Shown here one piece after another: positions 32,828 through 43,089 of a stretch of DNA of 64,000 nucleotides. The notes beneath the pieces were generated by a model. It was not told the DNA's origin. It did not search any database and was given only the letters and a program-made list of their open reading frames with translations. The DNA is from Antedon mediterranea (lineage: Eukaryota > Animalia > Echinodermata): NCBI RefSeq assembly GCF_964355755.1, contig NC_092672.1, positions 2,976,001-3,040,000 of the forward strand. The letters run 5' to 3'. Both the position numbers and the translations under genes were made by a program. Position 1 is the stretch's first letter. Each line of letters opens with the position of its first letter.

Positions 32828-34620
32828 CTAATATGATATATTTTAAAGATCAATCAATCAATCTTTTGTGGCGTAAACACCACTTTTATTCATATTAATA
32901 TCATCTTTCATGGCATCATCATAAAATCATCATATTATTTTCATTATTATTACATTTTTTTGTTAATTGTTAATGTTATCAATTTAATCAACTTCACCAG
33001 TAACATTTTTAAAGATCAATCAGTTACAGCAAAAACTACTATGCTTACTACAATAATAACGTACCATTTTAGTTTTAATGGTTAACACAAACATCTTGTT
33101 AAATATATTGTATAAATAATAAATCTATTGCAGTAACTGCAGTAGATTGGTCACCAGGTCACAGTACAATTCAGTACAGTTTTGTATATTATATTCGCAC
33201 TTGTAAGCAGAGGCCAAAACTAATGGTATTCTTATGAATGTAATTATAAAAAACATAATGTAACTACAACTCACCTTAGACATTTGTAATATTCAGGTGC
33301 TAAGTTTTGGTAACCTACTCTTAAGCCCCTTCACCTCGCAATGCAGCCTTTCCTTTGGTGCAAAAAGTGTCATTTGCAGGTAGCGTTATAAAAGGTCAAA
33401 TGATTACAATTTGAATAAAAGGGCTTAATAATATTTAATATTCGTATTCATCAAACGTATACAAGGTTTCCATTGGCTGCATGTAATATCAAAACAATTA
33501 TTGTCGGTATTGTTTTTGTTGTTTTTAAGAACAAATTAATATAGTAATAACGTATAATAATATTAATAACAAAGTAAAGCGGTTTGGAATATTACACTTG
33601 GGTTCAAAGCTGCCGTCAATTTAATGATAAATAAACAAAGGAGATTAATTGGAGCCGTTGAGGATAATTATTTAGATCATCCAAATACAGATTTATATTT
33701 ACTGTAGGCTTTAAAAAAATAGGAAACTTTGGACGCTGAAGCTGAGACGTGTTGATAGAATGTATGAGCCTTGTAACGTTGCCAATCTTTAGAAATAAGC
33801 TGAAGAAAAATATCAATAATGTGTGTTTATGATTTAGACTTTGTATTAATTTCTTCTTTCTGGCAAAAAGAGGTGGTGGAGATTATCTTGGCAAGAAGAG
33901 GTGGTGGAGATCATCTTGGCAAGAAGATCCTATAGTGGCACCTAGACAAAATAATTCGAAGCCTAAGATAAATAATCGAAAACGCATGTTTAGTTTATAA
34001 AAGATATTTCATATTGCTAGTTATTTTATTTCACAAATAAGTAAACTTACAATATATATTAAGCAATAAGCGTATTTCTCAACATTCTTGGTCTACGAAA
34101 TAAATCAATCATTGTATGGGTTCGCTCTTTTGTCACATCTAGTCTTGCTGAGCCAGTGACGTCATTTCTCGTCTGCTGAAGAGACAAGTTAGAATGGTTT
34201 TTATTAGCCTCTGATTCCTTGTTGCCTAAATCGGTTTCTCCATTAAACATTTTAGGTAATTCATCATCAAGACTATTGACTTCGTTTAATTTGTTGAATT
34301 TGGCAATTTTACGAAAGACGTTGTTGGCATCGGTCAGACGTCCTTTTGATATCATCCATCTTGGAGATTCGTAAACAACCCTGATACAAAAGATTAATTA
34401 ATTTTTTTAATATAGGCCTACCGTAAATCATGGATTTATATTCTAATTTGCATATCGTTTTTACTTTTTTAATTTGTATATTTTTTGTTATTTCTTTCAA
34501 ATAGGCCTAAAAACATGAATTTGTATCTTTACATACCACCAAAGAATGACTGATGTTAGACAGGGTGCAGAAATAGCAATCTGCATGTGTCTCCAATCAC
34601 GCAGAAGGTACGCATACAGA

Positions 34621-34800
34621 TAGACTTGCCCCAAGTCTGTATTTATTGTCTTTTTTTTATATTTATTTGTTTTTATCTCGACCGCGATTTTTCTCTGAAA
34701 ATATCCAAACTCAAGTAATACACGTATGAAACGCCATATGTGCAAAAATATTTATATTTTTACTAATATTAAGACAAAACTCCGTCTGGAGCCCAGACTA
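34621..34800. mobile_element. 180-bp non-autonomous DNA transposon with 9-bp TSD, inside a pseudogene exon
   Basis: TSD GCATACAGA (34612-34620, 34801-34809); ends TAGACT...AGACTA; the intact paralog shows the empty site. Confidence 0.85.
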
Positions 34801-35115
34801 GCATACAGAGGCAGAAAGGCAATAGCTACACCCCATGACACGTTAGAAAGACAACCTGCAAGCGCCCGTTTTTCAGGCGGAAACATTTCCATTAAAAGCA
34901 CGAATGATGGAACATTTACACACTGAAAATAATACAAACGGTATTAATTATGGTAGAAAACGGAGCTATAAGTTTTAGTTATAATATAATGCACTGATTC
35001 TAGAAAATAATGCCCTACAGCATTCAATGTGAAGGTTTGAAATGAAAGTCTGAAAGGATACATAGAGTTCTGCTTTAGAGTTCTTGTGGCGTCATGTTTT
35101 TTAGCTGCCAACTAA

Positions 35116-35247
35116 TTCTTAGTTCCCACTAGAGACTCAACGCAAGTTCGACCAATCACAAGCGATGGAATATTCGAACTGTAGCTTGTCATTGATCAAC
35201 TCGCTTGGTCTATGTCCTTGCGTATTCCTCCTAGTGGGAATCAAGCT
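35116..35247. mobile_element. MITE family A, diverged
   Basis: ttagttcccactag...ctagtgggaatcaagct followed by taa. Confidence 0.7.
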
Positions 35248-36099
35248 TAAATCGTGGGGTTAAGCTAACTCATCATTGGTCAGATGTTTTGCCCTACTAT
35301 GACGTAATTTGTACTTCATACTAAGTACATTTGAGTATACTTGGGAAAAAAAATCGCAAGTAATTCATCTGAACAATTACTCAACTCCCCGACGCAAAGC
35401 TACTCCACAGTAGTAGAATATAATTCATCATTCAAAAACTTATTTAATTTTGAACGTCATTTGACACCACCTATATAAAAATTAATGGCTTAATATTGTT
35501 TAACCGCTAAACTGACCTTCTAACGCTTGAGACGATGAAATTATACAAGTATAATTATATTCCTTTTTCTTAATTACGTAGGCTACAATTTACAAACCTG
35601 CAAAATCGGAAATGCTGAAATAAACATTAATGCCGATTTTTGGTCTACAGTGTTAAAACTCACCCAACCATGACCACGTTTTGCTTATCAATTATTTTCA
35701 ACTTCAACGTGAGTAGGCAAATTTTGTGTAAATTAATCAACAAATTGAAAAAAAAAACGAAGAAAGAAAAGAAAAATTATTAACAAGAAATATATTATAA
35801 ACATACCTGCTCTTCAATGGCAGTAACAAACCATACAACAGCGAATGAATAGAAAGTCAATGCTATTCCAGATACAGCAAGCAACAAATAAGATGCTAGA
35901 AAAACATTTTTTCTCCAGAAATAATCTGAGGCTATCCCCGATATTATGGATCCAACGAGAACACCACAGTACACCGACACAACGGTGTTTGCCAATAATT
36001 TCTTGTCACATACTAAATCAAGCTATAAACAAAATTGTTGATTCATTATATCAAAAACTTTTAATTTTGTCTTTAAAAATTCCCATTTTATTTTACATA

Positions 36100-36376
36100 A
36101 GAGACCAATTTACACAGACGAGCGGTGTAACGGAAAACGGAAAACCGCGTAGCTTGTCGCGCGTAAAATCTGTATCTATATCCTGAGCAGAAACCGCCGC
36201 CCGTCCGCTCCGTGTGTGTAATTTGGCCTTGATACTATTACGCAGAAACGCGTTGGTAGAACGAGAGAAGAGAGAGAAGATCAGTATTCTGTCTCAGTGT
36301 CCCCTACGGATTCGTACGTTGTGTGTAAATGGTCATAAAGAATAGCAAAGATTCTATTTGTCTGTGTATTGGCCTC
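36100..36376. mobile_element. Harbinger-like MITE(s), ggccaatttacacagacg family
   Basis: agaccaatttacacagacgagcgg...tgtgtaatttggcct plus a second right-arm fragment; related to 22140-22316. Confidence 0.6.
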
Positions 36377-36965
36377 AATAAACATTATGATGTATGGCGT
36401 GTTCTGGCACCATGGAGCGGACGTTTCAGCTCAGGATAGATACATATTCCTACGGGCTTGTCGGGCGGATCATTAATTTATGAATTTAAGTATCTCATTG
36501 TGTTTATTTGTATCTGTGTATCCCTGCGTAGCACACTTAAATAAGGAATAAAACAAATAAAGAATAAATGGAACCATCTTTCTATTATTACTATAATGGT
36601 AATTTCGAACTGACTGGAAATCGAATTCTATAGATGGAGACAAAGCAGATTAATTTTGAGAGTTCTAGGCCTAATGGCAGCAAATTAGCGAAATCTGTTT
36701 ATCTGTAGACTTACTACAAAGAATCTAACCTCATTGACCACTGTTGATTCTCCGTTGTTCAACATGTACTCATGTACATTCGGACAGCCTATCGTTTCAT
36801 TCGTCAACGTACCATTGTATATTCCATATATCAAACAGCTCTCGTATTCAACTATAATATCACTGTGTTCCTTACTTACGAAATAGCTTCTGATTTACTT
36901 AAACTCATAATAGTTTTCAGAAATGTGATGAAGATGAAAGCCACGATGTGAAGTGCATGTACCAT

Positions 36966-38330
36966 TTATTTATTTTATTTATTCAATTTCCAGGTATACA
37001 GACAACAACATAAACAAACGAAGTGTGGATGGAGTACCATGTGGATTGCCAACAGTGGAAGCACTATCAAAGTGGCTCTCCAATACTCCAAACCACATAC
37101 ATAAATCACATAAAAATTGAAGACACACATAAACTTTAAAATATATAAAATACAGATCAAAAGATCATAAATATGAAAACTAAAAAATGACATAAATAGT
37201 AAAAATTCAAAACAAAAAAGGCAAAAACTAATTGAGCAATCACCAATTATAAGAAATAATTGTAATTACACAAAGAAATGTACAATTTAAAGTTCAGTAA
37301 TAGTTGAATGAAGAGAATTTTTAAATTGGCTGAAGCTAAATAATAATCGGTCTTTGATGGGGTCAGGGATATTTTGCCAAATACGTGGAAACTGATTGAA
37401 TAACGAGAATTTTAGACAGTTGGTTCTTGCAAATTTGTGTTTAAAAATAACTTTTTCAGGGTGTCAGGGTTAAAATCAATATGACCATAAAAACACTTAA
37501 CTACAAAAATAATACTGAGATACTTTAATCTCTGGTCGATCGAAGGCAACTTTAACCTAAGTAATCGCATCTCGTAACCACCAGGAACACATAACTTGGT
37601 GACTCGACGAAGGGATTTATTAATAGCAGTAATGTGCTGCTTTTGATGTGGAACCCAAACGGGGGCAGCATATTCCAGTATTGGTCTATACATAACCCAT
37701 TAAAAAGACGAAGCATAATATCCGAGTCATTTACTGACACAAAGCGTTTAATAAACCCAAGAATTTGGAGCGATTTAGTAGAGACGGCATTAACATGCTT
37801 GGACCTAGAGGTCAGAAAAGAAATGGATACCAAGGTATTTGTGGGAGGAAACAGGAGAGAGTTCAACAGAACGGATACTATAAAAATTGTGGATGGGATT
37901 TCTCCTACGTGTAATATGAAGAACCTAGCACTTAGCGGCATTCAACTTCATGGCATTGTTTTCACACCACTCATCTATGCGATTTAAATCATTTTGGAGA
38001 GAAACCACATCAACATTAGAGCATATTGGCCGAAATATGACTGTATCGTCAGCATACTGCCTGAGTTTGGAGATGACAGACATTGGAAGGTCAAAAACAA
38101 ACGCATTAAATAGGATGGGGCCCAAAACAGAGCCCTGTGGAACCCCGGAATTGACATCATTCCATTCGGACACCTGACCATTAATGAGGACATGTTGCTG
38201 CCGACCTGAAAGAAATGAATCTATCCAGCCTCTAGCATGTGCCCACACACTCCGAAATCATGGAGTTTATGAAGAAGCTTAGAGTGGCTGACGCGATCAA
38301 ACGCCTTTTCCCAGTCCAGAAAAATAGCAT
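36966..38330 (-). mobile_element. 5'-truncated, frameshifted non-LTR retrotransposon (CR1/L2/Jockey group RT)
   Basis: RT motifs DWKKAFDRVSH-like, WIDSFLSGRQQ, GVPQGSVLGPILF, QYADDT, RPILEYAAPVW across several frames; (AAAT)n-like tail at 36966-36985; inserted at CAT in pseudogene exon 1. Confidence 0.9.
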
Positions 38331-39093
38331 CATAGTCCCATATACACATACTACCAACAGCAACGTCAAGTGATATCTTCCCCATGGTTTAAGACTTCTT
38401 AAAATGTCGTCAACATCCATCTATATGATGAATATCGTGTATTTTAGTGATATTTTAAAATTGTTCTACTGCAGTTACTGCAGTCATAACTACATTTTAA
38501 TGTTTGTTTTTAATGTTGGTTCGATTTAATTCATTGGATGGACCGTGCAGAAAGGAGGCTTTTTGAATAGCGCGCGAACAAACGTACAAGCTCTCTCGTT
38601 TCCCTCTTTCTCTCTCCCTAATTTAGAAAATAGATTACTAATGTAACTACTACTAGGCCTACCTTAGACTTTTCAGCTGCTACGTTTTAGTACTTCTTGC
38701 GTTCGTCTCAAAATGTTTACCCTCTATACCCTTTGGAATCGAATGCTATATTGGCTTACGTCTGTGTCATCATGATGTATATAAATGAGGATATGAAATA
38801 TAATGAGCTAATAATATTTAATATTCAAAGTTAAATGTCTTGTGTACTAGTTACTACTCGCAATACATGTAGTTAACCAAATGGTTGTGTGCGTTTTTTT
38901 ATGACCATCCAATATTTTTATTATTTTTAGAATCACACAGGCTCAGATAACGATGTAACGATCTGTATCTTCAATAGGCCTCCATAGTTTTTACTTTATC
39001 ATATGCCTGTATTTTATTAATGGCAAACGTCTATTTTGACAATCGAATGATGAGTACAATTATGTGTGTAAAATCCTTATATAGGCTTTCTAA

Positions 39094-39258
39094 AGCTTGG
39101 TTCCCACTAGAACGTAACGCAACGCAAGTGAATTGACCAATCACAAGCGATGGCTTATTCGCTTTTGATTGCTAACTGTCTATAACTTCGCTTGTCATTG
39201 GTTAAAACGCTTGCGTTGCGTTTACGTCCTTGCGTTACGTTCTAGTGGGAACCAAGCT
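39094..39258. mobile_element. MITE family A (PIF/Harbinger-like), intact copy
   Basis: Perfect TIR AGCTTGGTTCCCACTAGAACGTAACGCAA with TAA TSD (39091-93, 39259-61). Confidence 0.9.
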
Positions 39259-39609
39259 TAACACTGGTACACTTTTTATTAGATTAGAATCTATTTTAAG
39301 ATTGAGGGCGCTCTGTCTAAATTTTCGTATTTTATTATTGTGTCATCGATCATTTTGGAAAAACCACGAGCTCATCTCTCTCACCCTCAGGACTAGCTTT
39401 TTTGTAAGAAGTGCAGAAATCACAATTTATTAGCTTGCTTTATTACGTAGTTTTAAGTTTATCATTATGTATTTATTCAATCTGTTTCGGTTATCTTTAA
39501 TTAGAGCCAGTGCCTGACCTAGGTTGTCTTCCTCTTTAGCTTAGTTACCAGACTGTCACTCTCTGCGTACACACTACACTACCAGCCAGGAGAGCGGAGG
39601 TCAGGTAGG

Positions 39610-39929
39610 TAAAGAGACTGTTTATGTTTACTTATTAACCTAGGAGGACAATTAAGTCTCTTCGGTGTAACTACACACTCATCGTTTGTACTCACCTAAT
39701 CCTTTCTAGGCTGGTACGTGATGGGTATAGTTTGTGTCCTTCTTTGGTTGTGTCTTCGCTTCAAGAGATCGAGTTTTGCCTCTCGCACATTCAACGCCCG
39801 GGGCTGGTCGTGACGTATCTCGCCACTGGCCAGTCCCAGGGCCGGATTCGGGGGTTGAGTGCGCGTAGGCCCGGCGATTGGCTGTGACGTATAGATGACG
39901 TAACCAATAGCCAATCGCCAGGCACTACA
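39610..39929 (-). repeat. 3' LTR
   Basis: Base-for-base identical to 51600-51919 on visual comparison; reads TGTAGTG...CTCTTTA on the minus strand. Confidence 0.97.
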
Positions 39930-39950
39930 ATCCTCCTCGTTTTATTTTCT
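39930..39950 (-). other. Polypurine tract
   Basis: Minus strand AGAAAATAAACGAGGAGGAT directly abuts the TGT start of the 3' LTR. Confidence 0.75.
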
Positions 39951-40039
39951 TTGTTTCCTGCCCCCCTGACTATTCTCTGACTGGTCTTCCCAAGGGAGAC
40001 AGGCGCATTTTAGTTCACCGTCAGTGTCTGACATTGCTG

Positions 40040-40210
40040 TTCAATTTGATATTGGATTTCAAGTTCATTTGGAAGTTCTTTTGATTTCCAGTTCCTTTTA
40101 AAGTTCATTTGATTTCAAGTTCATATGAAAGTTCCTTTGATTTCCAGTTCCTTTTAAAGTTCATTTGATAGTTCCTTTGAAAGTGCATTTTGATTTTAAG
40201 TTCATTTCTC
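40040..40210. repeat. Short degenerate tandem repeats in the element 3' UTR
   Basis: About ten copies of (a/c)agttc(a/c)ttt(g/t), alternating with gatttc. Confidence 0.75.
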
Positions 40211-41267
40211 CATGGTGGGTCCTCCACTCCTTCCTCTTCTTTCTTTTATTTTTTTTTTTTTTTTTATTTTTTTTTTTTTTAACATGTAACACAACGGGGG
40301 GCACAGCCCCAACAAGAACAGGATTTGAAAAACGGAACACCAGAACGTCAAGGTGGGGGAATTACCCCAACAATTTGAACATATGACAGCCAACAGGGGA
40401 CTAAAGAGTCCCGAATAAAAAATGTTGCCATAACAATCGAACAATGGGCAATACATACGAACAGTTGAAATAAAGAAACAAGAAAATCAAATCCCTTCAA
40501 GCCATGTGGCATAGGGTATACATCGGGTTGCTGCCCGGCACCGTGTTCCAGGGAACATTGGCACCTGACAGCCCCCCGGAAGAGAAAAAATCTGAGGAAC
40601 ACCGTTCTAGGGGTACAGAATTACAGATTTGAGAAAAGAAGGCACAAGCCTATGGGGATTGGCAAAAATTTAGCAAACAACAGTAAAATTTTGTTCTGGA
40701 ATTCCAGTATATAGGGCTGACTGTTTGCGTGTATACAAAATATTCTAATTAGATGAGAGAAATCGTCAAAAAGAGACCGCACTGACAATCGTAATTGAAA
40801 CAAGGGACTTACGGTCCCAGCTAAATAAGTAGAGGACATGTTGGACCTCAAATTTTGGGGTGGGAAGAGGATTTGCTCTTCGCCAACTTTTGGGCGTGCG
40901 GTGACTAAGGACAGACAATTGTCCTGGGGTACAAAAATGTTATACGCAAGTACACCAAGAAGGGGTGTACTGTATTCAAGTGATTTAGAACGGTGTGGTA
41001 TATAATAATCGTTTTGAAGAATTGAGTCCTGTTAAAGAATTGAGTTCTTTTACTCTCTTTTCATACTAACCGTAGCGCCCCTGGGCGGTGCGGCCAGTCA
41101 TGTTGATTTCATTGGTCCATTTTTTTTTTTTTTTTTCTTTTAAATGTGGTTCCCATACTAACCGTAGCGCCCCTGGGCGGTGCGGCCAGTGATGAAACTG
41201 TGTTGATTTCATTGGTCCAATTTTTTAATTTTTTTTTTTTTTTTTTTTTATATAGTCCAGTGGCACT

Positions 41268-42992
41268 TCAGGCGTCCAACTCCTCTGCGAGGGTCAGCTG
41301 CTCGATGCACACGCGGTGCATGCGGGCGGCCGCCTCTCGCAGGGCGCTGCTGGAGGATGACAAGGCTGCTGCTGCCAGTCGTTGGTTCGCAGTATACGCC
41401 TCTCTCAGCAGTCGGCGGGCTTCCTCATCTAAAGCTTCCGCTGCCCGCTGCGGTGTTGTGGAGGACTGTTGAGGGAGCTTCGGAGATCCCATACTAGCCG
41501 TAGCGCCCCTGGGCGGTGCGGCCAGTGATGAAGATTCCGGTGCCGGTTCCATTGGTCCTGGAGCTCTCGACGATGGCGGAGGGCATGAGGGCAGGCCTCC
41601 GTACTTTTCGTTGAGTTCATGAAGTCGTTTCGGGTTAGCCCTCATGGCCTCTGCCAGCAGTGGGCACAGACAGAAAGGGTGCAGCATCACCAGGGCGGTG
41701 ACCTGATTTCTGATGTCCCTTTCCATTGACGGCGCCTTCCAATTTACTGCCTGAGCTGTAAGCGTGAGTTGACGCAACCACTTGTTGCCCAGGCCGCAGG
41801 CTCCGGGCCTCAGGAAGTACTTTCTCAAAAAATCAAAAGCCTTCCTCAGAGTTGAGAGACCATCTGGAAGCAGGGGGATCAGTTCTTGAAGGTATCTCCA
41901 GGCTGTCCTCATCTTATGGTTGTCTTGATGGTGTACATACTTTGCCACAACCTCTGGAGCATGCACATTGAGGTGGTCCATTGCCGAGCCTTGCAGACCG
42001 CAAGCTGGCACTGGGCACGCATACCCCGTTCCCTTCTTTGCTGCGGGAGTGGCAGGGTGCCGCGAGAAATCTGATTGTTCTCCTGCTGACGGGTCCACGA
42101 CCTCCGCCGGAACGACGTAAGGTTTACGCCTTGATGATTTTGATCGGGGCGAAGGTTTAGTCCGCTCTGCCGCCCTGGCAGCAGGCCGACCCCTAGCGTC
42201 CCTTGATGACTTTGACCGGGCCGAAGGTTTAGTCCGCTCTGCCGCCCTGGCAGCAGGCCGACCCCTAGCGTCTCCGGACGGGTTCTTCAGCCTGAAGTCC
42301 TGACAAATAAAAGTTGTTTTGCTTGCCTCGTCTCTTAGGAAACGCGTCATGAGCTCCCCCACCGTCTCTGCCCTAGGCGGAAACGGATGGATAGAACAGA
42401 TGATGCGGTCCGGTCCGATTGTGGATACCACCTTCGATTGAAGCAGAACACCCTTCCTGGCTAGGCTTTGAATCTCACAGCGAGCATCCGACGAAAGGTC
42501 CGACCCAGGAGGCCGCGGAACGCCAGCCACCTCTATATTGGCACGAAACATCTCTGCATCCTCTGGTGATAAGGCCACCATACCATCGAACGCACCCCTG
42601 CCACTCACTCCCGAGATCCGCCGGATCCACAAGACTTGGCCCAGCGCGACTCGAGGCTGTGAAGGGGACAACATGGATGGTGATGGGGGGCGGAGAGGCG
42701 ACATCGGATCTTCACGCTCCATCTCCTTTTCTGCTTGCTGGGGGAACGACTCTGCCCCTGGGGGCAAGAGAAGCGCCGCCACAGCCGGTATGTCAGTGGG
42801 GACCGAGTCCTGCACTTCCCCATGGGGTCCGTGCCGGGGCTCGTCCTCGGTTGTACCTACCACTACCCCAGGGGGTAGTGGAGTGGTCGCCCTCTCGGAG
42901 GCCCGGGCAGGGGCCGGCAGAGAAGGGAACTCCCTCTCCACTAGCTCTGCCCAGTCCATTGGCGTCACAGCTTCTGAGTAACTCTTTTCCAT
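41268..42992 (-). CDS. Retrotransposon ORF3, unknown function (574 aa from ATG 42992; 588 aa from 43034)
   Basis: Long uninterrupted ORF after pol on the same strand. Pro-rich, 24-aa basic tandem duplication, CPVPAC-x8-HLNVH, C-terminal Ala/Arg/Glu helix. Confidence 0.8.
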   Translation of the reverse strand: MEKSYSEAVTPMDWAELVEREFPSLPAPARASERATTPLPPGVVVGTTEDEPRHGPHGEVQDSVPTDIPAVAALLLPPGAESFPQQAEKEMEREDPMSPLRPPSPSMLSPSQPRVALGQVLWIRRISGVSGRGAFDGMVALSPEDAEMFRANIEVAGVPRPPGSDLSSDARCEIQSLARKGVLLQSKVVSTIGPDRIICSIHPFPPRAETVGELMTRFLRDEASKTTFICQDFRLKNPSGDARGRPAARAAERTKPSARSKSSRDARGRPAARAAERTKPSPRSKSSRRKPYVVPAEVVDPSAGEQSDFSRHPATPAAKKGTGYACPVPACGLQGSAMDHLNVHAPEVVAKYVHHQDNHKMRTAWRYLQELIPLLPDGLSTLRKAFDFLRKYFLRPGACGLGNKWLRQLTLTAQAVNWKAPSMERDIRNQVTALVMLHPFCLCPLLAEAMRANPKRLHELNEKYGGLPSCPPPSSRAPGPMEPAPESSSLAAPPRGATASMGSPKLPQQSSTTPQRAAEALDEEARRLLREAYTANQRLAAAALSSSSSALREAAARMHRVCIEQLTLAEELDA

Positions 42993-43089
42993 ATTCGATC
43001 TGAAAGACATAATGAAAAGCACCTTTCCAATCATGGTGAATGTGAATTACAGTGTTAGTCAGCCCGGGGTGAGACGTTTGAATGCGGAT

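Larger units (their letters stand above)
34051..38420 (-). pseudogene. Truncated SLC22 tandem-duplicate pseudogene (exons 1-4 only)
   Basis: Close paralog of 27261-32827. Exon 1 is split by a LINE and has deletions, exon 2 (~36022-35808) has deletions, exon 3 has a 180-bp insertion, exon 4 has an in-frame TAA, and exons 5-9 were not found. Confidence 0.9.

Noticed and set aside
38232-38420. SLC22-RT fusion protein
   Set aside because: Junction of a pseudogene exon with a truncated LINE; it stops after 62 codons and the RT is frameshifted.
39696-39914. 72-aa ORF duplicated at 51686-51904
   Set aside because: Lies within the LTR, starts at TTG and shows no recognisable motif.
41268-43034. ORF3 as a retroviral env
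   Set aside because: No clear signal peptide, cleavage/fusion peptide or C-terminal TM segment. The short hydrophobic N-terminus coincides with a splice-acceptor pyrimidine tract.
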